Positions 46,088 through 56,230 of a DNA stretch of 64,000 nt are shown here, piece by piece. Source of the stretch: an uncultured Chloroflexia bacterium (GTDB lineage: Bacteria; Chloroflexota; Anaerolineae; CG2-30-64-16). The stretch covers positions 367,289-431,288 of the forward strand of contig CAVZDU010000010.1 of the NCBI GenBank assembly GCA_963774265.1, given 5' to 3'. Every line of letters begins with the position of its first letter. Positions within the stretch are counted from its first letter, which is position 1. The position numbers and the translations under genes are program-made. The notes below the pieces were generated by a model, which did no database searches, had not been told where the DNA came from, and worked only from the letters and a program-made list of their open reading frames with translations.

Positions 46088-48632
46088 CTACTTCACCCAG
46101 AGCGGGTCCCAGTCATTGTGGGGTGAGTCCAGCAGCCGCCGCTGATTGCTGCCGTCGGCATTCATGATCCACAGCTGGCGGCGGCCCGTCTCCCGGTTCG
46201 ACCAGAAGACGATCTGCTTCCCGTCGGGCGACCAGGAGGGATGCTTGTCCCACTCCCAATTGTTGGTCGTCAGGCGCCGGAACTCGCTCCCGTCCGGCTT
46301 GATGGTGTAGATCTCGTCGTTGCCCGGCTCCTCGGACACCAGCACGATGCGGATCATCCACCGGCGACCAGACCGGGTCGTAGCTCCAGCTTGAGCCGAC
46401 GTCAGCTGGCGCGTGTCTTGAACTCCGCGTCGCTCACGAAGAGCTGCGGTGACTGCACGGTGAAGGGCTTGCCTGTGGTCTCGTTGACCAGGTCCGTGTT
46501 GGCGTTGCGCACGGAGACCGTGAAACGCCCGTCCGATGAGCGCGTTTCCTTCGCCAGCGCCAGGTTGTACGGCCAGCTCTGCGTCACCAGTGCCAGCCGT
46601 CCGCTGGCCGGATCCAGCGCGAACAGCTGGGCCTGGCCGCCGTCGCGGTCGCTCACGAACAGGATCTTGCCCGCCAGCTCGCGCGGCATCGCCGCCGGGA
46701 TCGCCGGCGTCGGCGCCGGTCTGGCCGTCGGCGGCAGCCGGTCGAGGTAGAGCACCAACGGCAGCGCGGTCGGCACGGGCGTGCGCGTGGCCCTGACGGA
46801 GTTCGGCGGGAACGGGGTGAACGTTCCGGTGGTCACGGCGACCGCGGTCGCGTAGGCTGCCTGCGCCTCCCTGGTCGCCGCGTTTCCCGGGATCGGCGTG
46901 TCCACGATGATGAACGTCTCGGGGTCAGGGTCGCCAGGATCGCGTTGAACGGCAGCGGCGTCATGGTGCCCGCGCGACCGCGACCTGCGCCGTCGCCGTT
47001 CGCATCTGTGCGGCCGCGGTGATGACGTTTCTCGGCATCGGCGTCGGCAGGACCACGACCGGCGTCACCGCGTTGGTGGGAACGGGCGTGAACGTGCCGG
47101 TCGTGACCGCCACCGCCGTCGCGTACTCCGCCAACCGCGTTGCAGTGGCCGCATTCGCCGGCGTGGGCGTGCTCACCACGATGGGCTGCCAGCCGGGGAT
47201 GCCCAATGCCTGCGCAGTCGCCAGGTTGGCTGGAATCGGCGTGGGAGTCACGACGCGATAGGTCAGCGGCGTGGGCGTGCCGATGGTCTCGACCATCGCG
47301 GTTGCGGTCCAGGCCTGGGCTGCCACCGTGAGCACGTTTGCCGGGGTCGGGGTCAACGTGGCGATGATCACCGCCTCGGTCGGCAGCGGCGGCGTGTGGG
47401 TCGGCGCAGGCCCCACGGTCAGGGCGAGCTCGGGCCCCTCCCCCACGGTCGCCGCGCCCGCGCCGCTGTCCCACGCAAACACGGTGTCGCCCCCGCCCGC
47501 GGGCCCGGTGATCCGCACGATCACGGCGGTGGCGCCGTCGATCAGCTGTCCCTCCAGCCACGCCCGCGCCGAATCGTCGAGCTGTGCGACGTTCACTTCG
47601 CCCACGCCCAGGTCAGCCGCAAAGAAGGTCGGGAACAGGCTGACCGCCGGGGGCGCGTTGTATATCGTCTGGAAGTCCGTCCGCGCAAAATCCGGGAACG
47701 CCGCATCGGCTAGCAGCTGTACGGACCACGTGCCCCCCGCGTTCGGATCGAACCGCCCGCCATCCAGCCCCGTCAGCCGCAGCTCGCCCGCCCGGATCGG
47801 CGCCCCCCGCGCCACGCCGCTCAGCTCGATCCGCGCCGCCGCGATATATGGCTGTCCGCCCGCATACCCCGCATACAGGAACGAGTCCCCCAGGTGGTTC
47901 CCCCGCGCATCCCCGCCGGTCCACCACCCGGCTTCCCCCGCCTTCGCGGCGAGCCCCACCATCCGCCCCCCCGGCTCCGCAGTCGCCGCGCTTGTCCGCG
48001 GCGCCGCCGCGCTTGTCCGCGGCGCCGCCGCGCTCCCGCGGCGCCACAACCCCGGCCGCCGTAGGCCGCGGACTGGCCGGCGGCAGCGGCGTGGACGTCG
48101 GAACCGCCGTCACGGAGGCCGTGGCGCTCGCGTTCGGCAGGGTCGCCGCCGCCTCCCGCCTCGCCGACCTCGCGTCGGCCCAATACACCAGCGCCGCCGC
48201 CAGGATCACCACCCCCAGCACCCCCCAAACCGCCACCGGCAGCCACCGCCCACCTCGTCGAAGACCATCCTGAGCGGAGCGGCGCGCAGTCGCATCCTGA
48301 GCGGAGTCGAAGGCAGCATCCTGAGCGGAGCGCAGCGAAGTCGAAGGACTCTTTGCCCTCTTTGGCGTAACGGTGAGCTCAGTCTCCCACTCCCCGATCA
48401 CAAACCGCGGCAGCGAGGGCGGCCCATCCTGCGCGGCCTTATACTCCGCCGGCGTATAAAGCGGACACCCCACATGCTCGCTCGACAGGCAAAACCGCTC
48501 CTGGTGCCCCAAATCCGGCGCGTCCACCGGCCGCACCGCATAACACCGGTTCTCCCCGTGCGGCGCCCCGTGCACCATGCTGCGATCACGCACCATCCCC
48601 AAATGCGGGCAATAACTCACTCTCTGCTCCAC
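46088..48632 (-). CDS. Single-TM protein: N-terminal Cys/His motif, Thr/Pro-rich repeats, C-terminal TolB/PD40 propeller repeats (frameshifted)
   Basis: CPHLG...NRCY...FCLS..H..CPLY; TM segment; [13 protein letters not shown] repeats; ILFVSDRDG and [17 protein letters not shown]. Confidence 0.7.
47984..48044. repeat. 21-bp tandem repeat (about 3 copies) encoding AAAPRTS
   Basis: CGCCGCGCTTGTCCGCGGCGC twice plus a shorter degenerate third copy. Confidence 0.8.
48266..48348. repeat. Three tandem CATCCTGAGCG(...GTCGAAGG) units inside a CDS
   Basis: Units start at 48266, 48293 and 48317 (spacings 27 and 24 bp). Confidence 0.85.
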
Positions 48633-49892
48633 CCTTCGCGTTTATGCATGAGTCTATCATACACCGCGTCGATCCGCTCGTACACCGCCTGCCACGAATA
48701 CCGCGCCTCCACCCACGCCCGGCCATTCCGCCGCAGCGCCTGGTTCAGCCCCGGCTCCGTCAACAACCGGATCGTCGCGACCGCAAACGCAAACGCCTCG
48801 CGCTCCGCATCGTCCGTGGTGCTCGTAAGGAGGATATTCTCCCCGTCTCGCACCTCGATCCCCTCCGCGCCGATCGCGGTCGAGACCACCGGCAGCCCCC
48901 GCATCCACGCATCCAGGATCTTGACGCGCATCCCGCCCCCCGCGTGCAGCGGCACGATGAACGCATCCGCCGCGGCCAGGTACGGCGTGGGATCCGCGAC
49001 ATACCCCGTAACTTCGATCAGGGGATCCGCCTTGCCCAGCGCCACCACCTCCTGCGGCGGGTTCTTGCCCACGATTGCGAACCGCGCCTGGGGCACGACC
49101 TTGCGCACGCGCGGCAGGACCTCGCTCGCGAACCACAGCACCCCTTCCACGTTCGGCGGCCAGAACATCGTCCCCAGGTGCAGGATCGTCGGCGGACCCC
49201 CCTCCGCCCTCGCTACAGGCGCCTCTCGCTCCGGATCCACGCAAATCGGCGCCACGGTCATCCGTGCCGCCAGCCCCTCCCGCTCCGCCTCGGGCAGCAG
49301 CGCCAGCAGATGCTGCCGGTCCTCCTCCGTCACCGCCAACACCGCATCGAACGCCCGCATCATCTCCCGCTCGTATCGCGCAAACGCCCGCGCCTCCCGC
49401 CACATCACTCCCCGCTTGAGCCGATTCCTCTCCCCCTCCGCCATCCGCCGCGTCAACATATACACCGCATTATGCTCATCTAGTAGGGCCGAAGGACTCT
49501 GCGGCTTCCCCGCAGCCGTCATCGCGTACCCCGCCATCGACAACTGGTCCGCATGCACCACATCGAACCGCTGCTCCCCCACCAACCGCTGGAGCAGGCG
49601 GAACATCTCCCCCATCTCATCCCGCGCCACCACCATCGGCAGCCCCGTCAGCAGCCCCTTGGCCCCTGCCCGCAGGTTCCGCAGCAGCGACCGCCGCATC
49701 GGGACGGTCAGTCACCCGCACCCCCAACCCGCGCAAATGCCCCACGGCCTCCGCCGTGTCATCCGCGCGCACAAACGACGCCAGCGTCACATCATGACGC
49801 CCCGCCAGGTGCCGCAACATGTGATAAGCCCGAACCTTCGGCCCCGCATCCAGAGGAAAAGGGAGGACCTGCGTGAGGAACAAGATTTTCAA
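48617..49892 (-). CDS. GT4 family glycosyltransferase (frameshift ~49710)
   Basis: MKILFLTQVLPFPLDAGPKVR, LGTMFWPPN, GGGMRVKILDAW, TAIGAEGI. Confidence 0.88.
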
Positions 49893-49950
49893 TCTTCAAT
49901 CTTCAATCTTCAATCGTAATCTTCCATCTTCCTTCTTCCATCTTCCATCC
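49887..49950. repeat. Intergenic heptamer array supplying the TTG start of the downstream glycosyltransferase
   Basis: (aatcttc)3 aatcgt aatcttc catcttc cttcttc catcttc catc. Confidence 0.9.
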
Positions 49951-49951
49951 G

Positions 49952-51466
49952 TCACTTCCCCTGCAACCTCAACACCACCGCCAACGTCTTCAACAAAATC
50001 AGCGCATCCAGGTAAAACCCCGCCTGCCGCACATAATACAAATCATATTCCAGCTTGATCCGCGCATCCTCGACCGTATTGCCGTACCCGTACTTCACCT
50101 GCGCCCACCCCGTCAGCCCCGGCCGCACCGCATGCCGCGCCCGGTAAAACGGGATCTCCCGCGCCAGCATCTCCACGAACTCCGGCCGCTCCGGCCGCGG
50201 GCCGATGATGCTCATCTCCCCGCGCAGCACGTTGATCACCTGCGGCAGCTCGTCGATCCGCGCCTTGCGCAGCAGCCGCCCCACCGGGGTGACGCGCGGG
50301 TCCCCCGCCCGGGCCCACACCGCGCCCGTCTCCTCCTCCGCATTCGTCACCATGGTCCGGAACTTGATCACGGAGAACGGCCTTCCCGCCTTGCCCACGC
50401 GCACCTGCCGGTAAAACAGCGGCCCCCGGTTCCAGGGCAGGTTCAGCAGCGCCACCAGCGGGATGATCAGCCCCAGCGGGATCATCGTCAGGCCCGCGAT
50501 GAGCAGGTCCGCGGCCCGCTTGCCCAGCACGTACAACCGCTCCCCCGGCCCGCGGTCATCCTCCGGCAGCACCGCGCTGATGTTCCGCCCGATGTGCTCC
50601 ACCGGCACCCGCCCCAACATCCGCTCGTACACCGCCTGCATGGTGGTCACGTGGAAGCCCTGCTCCCGGCACGCCATCAGCGCATCGAATGCTTCCTGCC
50701 GGATACGTGTTCCGGTGGGTGATTGCCAGCACGACCTGGGCCGGCCGCAGCTCGTGCGCCAGCCTGAGCAGGTCACCGCTCCCTCCCAGCACCGGCGCGC
50801 CGAGCGCCTGCGCCTGGACCATCTTGTCCGGGTCGTCGTCCACGAACCCGATGATGCGGTACCCCGTGCCCTGGTACGGGTTGACCGAGCTCGTGTCGGC
50901 CTTGCCGTTCACCGCCCGGGCCAGCGCCTGCCCCGCGACCCCCGCGCCGAACACCAGCACCCGCGTCTCGAACGCCGGCTGCACGAACAGCACCGCATAC
51001 ACGCCCCGCCAGACCATCACCGCGGCCACCGCCATCACGACGAACAGCACTGCCAGCCCGCGCGAGCTGAGCGGCGGCGTGTACACCGGGATGAACTGGT
51101 ACAGGATCGCGGTGACCGCGGCCGCGCCCCCGCGGACAGCATGCTGTGCGGCGCGCTCGCCGCGCGTGCCAGGTCGTAACCCTCCGCCAATGTCGCGACG
51201 ATCCACCACAACAAAGTCAGGCTGACCCACCACCGCCACAGCGCGGTGAACGCGCCGGGTGTATCCAGCCAGTCCGTGCGCGCCTTCAACGCCACGACGA
51301 GGCTCCCCACCATCAGCGCCACGTCGACCAGGAAGAGCAGCATGGCCCGTTCGGACGCGCGCAAGCCGAACCCCCGCAAACGGATGCGCGGGATTCGGCT
51401 GGCCCCCCGTCTCAACGGTTGGCTGACGACCTCTTCCAGGCTGCTGATGTCTGGCTCCATTATCAC
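49952..51466 (-). CDS. Polyprenyl glycosylphosphotransferase (WcaJ/WbaP-like priming sugar transferase; frameshifted)
   Basis: KRAADL, KFRTMV, DPRVTPVGRLLRKARIDELPQ, GPRPERPEF, PGLTGWAQV, KLEYDLYY. Confidence 0.92.
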
Positions 51467-51481
51467 ACCTGCGCGGGGAAA

Positions 51482-52705
51482 TCAACTTGACCGGACTTCC
51501 GCTGAAGGCGTTGCAAAATTATACAATTGACCCAAAATGTGATGCTCTTGCCTGCGTGCTGCATCGTACCATGACTGTGCAGCGCTGCCAAATCGCGCGA
51601 GTCGCTCACGGTCCCCCAGCGCCTCCCGCAGCCCTGCGGCCAGCGCCTCCGCGTCCCCGGGCGCCACCACCCAGCCCGTCTCCCCCTCGACCACGTACTC
51701 CGGCAGCGCGCCCGTCCGGGTCACCAGGCTGGGCACCCCCAGCCGCGCCGCGGCCCCGATCAGCGCCGACTGCGTCGCATCCCTGTACGGCAGCACCAGC
51801 AGCGCCGCTCCCCCAAACAGCTCCGTCGCCTCCTCATCCCCGATCACCCGGTCCCGCACCTCCACCCCCTCCGGCAGCTCCCCCAACCGCACCCCCTCTC
51901 CCACCTTCCCCGCCAACACCAACCTCCAGTTAGCATCCTGAGCGAAACCGCCAAGCGGTGTAGTCGAAGGATGCGGCGCCATCTTCCATCTTTCATCTTC
52001 CATCCGTAATCGTCGCCACGCCTCCACCAACACCTCCACCCCTTTATACGCCTCAATCCTTCCAAAGAAAATTACATCTCTTCGATCTTGATTTCAGTTT
52101 TTCATTGAAGTAATCCAATCTTCCATCTTCCATCTTCCATCTGTAATCCGTGGTAAACCCATGCAACAACGGCGCCCACACCACGCGCTCGGGGCTGAGC
52201 CCCTCCCGTATCAGCTGCTCCCGCCAGCACTTCCCATGCACCAGAATCGTCGCGCCCGACCCGATGATCATCCGGTTCCACAACCGAATCAACCCCCCAT
52301 GCCTCACCCCGCTGTGCGGCGCCAGGTCGTGCAGCGTATGCACCACCCGTCGCCCCCCGCCGCCTCAACCCATAGGCCAGCGGTACGTTCCACAGATGCA
52401 CGCCGGTGAAATGGAAGATGGAAGATGGAAGATGGAAGATGGAAGATTGAAGATTGCGATACGCCCGCAGGTTCATTCCCTCCCGCGAAAAGCCCGTCCC
52501 GTGGGTGGTGATCGGGGTGATGAAGCTCAACGTCGGGCCCATACACCCCCCGCGGCGCGGTAGTGGTCGTCACCACCCGCACCGCCGTCGAAGATCTTCC
52601 TTCTTCCTTCTTTCTTTTTCCTTCTTCGATCACCGTCCGCGCCAAATCCGCCGTATACAAATGCATCCCGTACGTCGGCGACAACAACACAAACGTAATC
52701 TTCAA
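51482..52705 (-). CDS. GT4 family glycosyltransferase interrupted by repeat insertions (frameshifted)
   Basis: HTLHDLAPH, LVLPYRDATQS, TGALPEYV..GETG across ORFs 52304-52705, 52102-52542, 52053-52346 and 51482-52039. Confidence 0.8.
51933..51974. repeat. 42-bp palindromic element inside the glycosyltransferase CDS
   Basis: GCATCCT-GAGCGAA-ACCGC-caa-GCGGT-GTAGTCGA-AGGATGC. Confidence 0.85.
52411..52456. repeat. Heptamer array in inverted orientation inside the glycosyltransferase CDS
   Basis: (ATGGAAG)5 ATTGAAG ATTG. Confidence 0.95.
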
Positions 52706-52727
52706 TCCGTCATCCGTCGCACTTCTG

Positions 52728-52736
52728 TGCTATAAT
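52728..52736 (+). promoter_or_regulatory. Extended -10 promoter, probably leaderless, for the antisense cassette
   Basis: TGCTATAAT ends 7 nt before ATG 52744; no SD sequence. Confidence 0.7.
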
Positions 52737-52743
52737 CCCCTTC

Positions 52744-53052
52744 ATGAGTTGGCTAAACCGCGGCCCCCACCGTTATTACATTCGTAAAGTCCGTGACCGC
52801 GGCCGCTTCATCTCGGTCTACGTCGGCCGCGGCCCCGCCGCCGAAGCCGTCGCCGCGTCCGACGCCGAACGCGTCGCCTCCCGTCGGCAGGTCATCGCCC
52901 GTCACGGGGAGCAGATTGCGCTCGCGGAGGAGATCGACGCGGCCGCCGCGCTCGTCGCCGATCTTGTCGAAGCCCTCGCCGATGCCAGCCTCCTGGCCAC
53001 CGGCCACCACTTCGACGACCATCGCGAGTGGAAACGCCTGCGAGGTAAATAA
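52744..53052 (+). CDS. Hypothetical protein, 102 aa (cassette ORF1)
   Basis: Basic/aromatic N-terminus YYIRKVR..GR..SVYVGRG, helical middle, C-terminal GHH...EWKR. Confidence 0.75.
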   Translation: MSWLNRGPHRYYIRKVRDRGRFISVYVGRGPAAEAVAASDAERVASRRQVIARHGEQIALAEEIDAAAALVADLVEALADASLLATGHHFDDHREWKRLRGK

Positions 53053-53055
53053 CCC

Positions 53056-53678
53056 ATGACCGCACCCAAGAAAAAAGTCGACCCTGCCGCCGAGATCGCC
53101 CGCCTCCTCGCCCCCGCCGAGGAAGCCGGGGAGGGCGACCCCGCGTCCGACCTCACCGTGGCCGGCCTCCGGACCTTCTTCGACCTGGTCTCCCGCACCG
53201 ACCGCAACCGGCCCGATCCGTCCGATCTGCTCGCGCTCGAAGGCGCCCTCATCGCCAACCCCGGCATCTGGCGCAGCGTCGCCGACCTCGCCTCGCGTGC
53301 GGTTGACCTCATGATCGACCAGCTACATCCCACGCCTGCCGTCCGCGTCTCCCTTCGCCGCGGGGCCGACGAGCTCCGCGTCGCCCTCGCCGGGACCGGC
53401 GCCTCCCCCTCGAGTCCGCCCTTGCCGAACAGATCGCCGTCTGCTGGGTCCGTCTCCGCATCTTCGAGATCTGGCTCATCAACGCCACCGCCGCCGCCGA
53501 CCCCGTCACCATCCGCTTCTGGGAAGGCCGCGTCACCAGCGCCCAACACCGCTACCTCGCCGCCTGCGAATCCCTCGCCCGCATCCGCCGCCTCGCCGCC
53601 CGCACCCCCCAGCTCTTCCAGATCAACGTCGCCGGCCAGCAAATCAACGTCGCCCGTGCCGACCCCACTCAGGAGTAA
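53056..53678 (+). CDS. Hypothetical helical protein of about 200 aa (cassette ORF2; apparent 1-bp deletion in the C-run ~53405)
   Basis: After correction it reads ...LAGTGASPLESALAEQIAVCWVRL...RYLAACESLARIRRL...QINVAGQQINVARADPTQE*, with stop TAA at 53676-53678. Confidence 0.7.
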
Positions 53679-53703
53679 TCTTCAATCTTCAATCTTCAAT
53701 CTG

Positions 53704-54918
53704 TCATACACCTCGTCCACGCGGCGGTAGACTGTTTGCCAGGCGTAGGTGGCTTCGACCCAGCCGCGGCCGGCGGAGCGGAGGCGGGCATTCAGGCTGG
53801 GGTCGGTCAGCAGGCGTATCGACAGCGGCCGAGAACGCCGGCTTCGCCGTCCTCAATGAGGATGTGCTCGCCGTCAGCCAGCTCGATGCCCTCCGCGCCG
53901 ATGGAGGTGGAGACAATTGGCAGGCCCCACAGCCAGGCGTCCAGGATCTTGACGCGCATCCCGCCGCCCGCGTGCAGGGGCACGACGAACGGGTCTGCGG
54001 CCGCCAGATAGGGGGTCGGGTCGGGGACATAGCCGGTCACCACGATGGCTGGGTCGGCCGCCAGCGCCTGCACCTCGGGGGGCGGGTTCTTGCCCACGAT
54101 GACGAAGCGCGCCTCAGGAACCGCCACATGAACCAGGGGCAGCACCTCGGACGCGAACCACAGCACCCCGGCCACGTTGGGCGGCCAAAACATGGTGCCC
54201 AGGTGCAGGATGGTTGGCGGGCCGCCCCCTGCCGCGGTGTGACCGCCACCTGCTCCGGGTCGACGCAGATGGGGACAACCGTGATCTTTGGAGGTTGAAG
54301 GTTCTCCTTCCCGGGCGCCTGCAACCTTCCACCTTTCACCTGCAACTCATCGTCGAGCAGCGCCTGGAGGCGCAGCATGGCGGCTTCGTAGCGACGGAAC
54401 GCGCGGGCCTCGCGGCGCATGATGAGCTTGCGCAGCGGCCGGCCCTCGATGGCTGCCATGCGCTCGGTCAACAGGTAGATGGCGTTGTGCTCGTCAAGTA
54501 GGGCGCGGGGCGGCCGGCCAGCAAAAGCACCCGCCTGCACCGCCAGCCGGCTCCACCACGCCATCGAGAGCTGGTCCGCATGCACCACGTCGAACGCGGT
54601 CTCCGCCACCAGCCTTCGCAGCAGGCTGGCCATCTCGGGCATCTCATTGCGCGCGATCGTGACCGGCCGGCCGGTGAGCAGGCCCACGAGCCCCGCGCGG
54701 AGGTTGAGCAGGGTCGAGCGCCGCATCGGGACCGCGTGCACGGCCGCGCACATCCCCCGCAGGTGCGCCAGCGCGTCCGGCGGGTCGTCGGGCCGCACGA
54801 ATGCGACTAGCGTCACCTCGTGCCGGCTTGCGAGGCGTCGTAGCATGTGATACGCCCGCACCTTGGGGCCGGCATCCAGGGGGTAGGGCAGGACCTGGGT
54901 CAGGAAGAGGATTTTCAT
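53704..54918 (-). CDS. GT4 family glycosyltransferase, paralog of 48617-49892 (frameshifted)
   Basis: MKILFLTQVLPYPLDAGPKVR, MFWPPN, GGGMRVKILDAW. Confidence 0.88.
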
Positions 54919-54967
54919 GCTCGCCTGGCCCGCTGCGCCAAGTCCGCTATGCCCGCCCCTGCAAAGG

Positions 54968-56230
54968 TCAGCAACCTGGGGCCAATCTGCGATCTTCAAT
55001 CGCTCCAGCAATTCGCGCGATCGCATATCCCGCGAACACCAGCAGCACCGTGTCGGCTGGCACGCGATACCGGATCATCACCCAGGAGGCCAGGTACACC
55101 GCGTAGTGGACCAGGAGAAAGATGTAGAGCGGCAGGAGATCGCGCCACTGCCGCCGTGATAGGATGAGGCCCGCGACCATAAAGGGGAGTGTGACACCAA
55201 ACGACAAAACGCGCGAAACATTGCTGATCAGACTAGAGTCGTCTGTGGGCCAGAACGTGAAGAAGAACTTGACGCGGCTGAGCGAAAGCAGCAGGAACCG
55301 CTTCGGGTCCCGCAGGATGTTCTCCCTGCCGCGCCTGGCCAGCTCGTTGGTCAGGTCAACTTCATTAAGGCCCCTGAGCTCATCCGGGATCGGCGCGACC
55401 CAGGGGCCGCGGAAGCTCGTGCCCTGGTCGGGATGGTTCGAGTTCCACAGCACATGCCCGTATTGGGATTCGAGCAGCATAAAGCGATCGTATAGCAGGT
55501 AGTTACGGACGGTCCATGGCGCAACTGCCAGGACGATCATGGCGACGGGGATGGCCAAGCGCCAGGCTCGGAGCGGCTGGCTTGACCTTCGCGCTCGCCA
55601 GAAGGCCCACCCGGTCAGGAGTATGAGGAACGGCAGGGCGGCCATCCGGAACACCACGCACCCCGCCAGTCCCAGCCCCATGACGGTCAGCTTTCTGGGC
55701 CCCGCGCCATCTGCCACGTCGTACGCCGCGTTGATGGCAATGAGCAGAAAGAAGATGAACGGCGTCTCTGTGAGCAGCGTCGCGCTGTACAGGATCAGGT
55801 ACGCGTACCCGGCGGCCAATGCTGCCGCAATCAGCCCGGCCTTCACGCCGAACACACGGCGGCCCAACCGGTAGACGAGATACACGATCGCCGTCCCTAG
55901 TGCGACGTAGAGCAGCCTCGCGATCAGCGGATGGTAGCCGAACAACTTGTAGATGGCCGCCAGGTGTAACACCATGGTGCCTGAGTAGTAGGATGTCACC
56001 GTATCTGGCGGCACCCAGGGATACCAATAGTTGGGAAACGTGAAGCCGTGGCCGGTCGCCACCCGGTGGGCCAGCATGTCATAGGAGACCTGGTCATGCG
56101 TGCCGCCCGCGTCCAGTACCTCCATCGTGTCCCCCAGCCAGACCGCGACCGCCACGCGAGGGATGAACGCCAGGATCAAAATGATGACCAGCCACTGCCG
56201 GGGCGTAATGCGCTTGATTCGCTCGATCAT
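54968..56230 (-). CDS. GT-C (ArnT/PMT-like) membrane glycosyltransferase
   Basis: DQVSYDMLA, LLTETPF, PWTVRNY, RYRVP, many TM segments. Confidence 0.8.
   Translation of the reverse strand: MIERIKRITPRQWLVIILILAFIPRVAVAVWLGDTMEVLDAGGTHDQVSYDMLAHRVATGHGFTFPNYWYPWVPPDTVTSYYSGTMVLHLAAIYKLFGYHPLIARLLYVALGTAIVYLVYRLGRRVFGVKAGLIAAALAAGYAYLILYSATLLTETPFIFFLLIAINAAYDVADGAGPRKLTVMGLGLAGCVVFRMAALPFLILLTGWAFWRARRSSQPLRAWRLAIPVAMIVLAVAPWTVRNYLLYDRFMLLESQYGHVLWNSNHPDQGTSFRGPWVAPIPDELRGLNEVDLTNELARRGRENILRDPKRFLLLSLSRVKFFFTFWPTDDSSLISNVSRVLSFGVTLPFMVAGLILSRRQWRDLLPLYIFLLVHYAVYLASWVMIRYRVPADTVLLVFAGYAIARIAGAIEDRRLAPGC

Noticed and set aside
48266-48348. Tandem CATCCTGAGCG units as a mini-CRISPR array
   Set aside because: The period is 24-27 bp, it lies inside a CDS, and the motif is dispersed elsewhere; it fits a palindromic repeat family better.
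47271-49919. 882-aa plus-strand ORF, and other long antisense ORFs such as 41772-43319, 24590-25918, 35069-36367 and 33737-35038
   Set aside because: Shadow ORFs opposite clearly recognisable genes in high-GC DNA, with low-complexity Arg/Pro/Ala/His composition.
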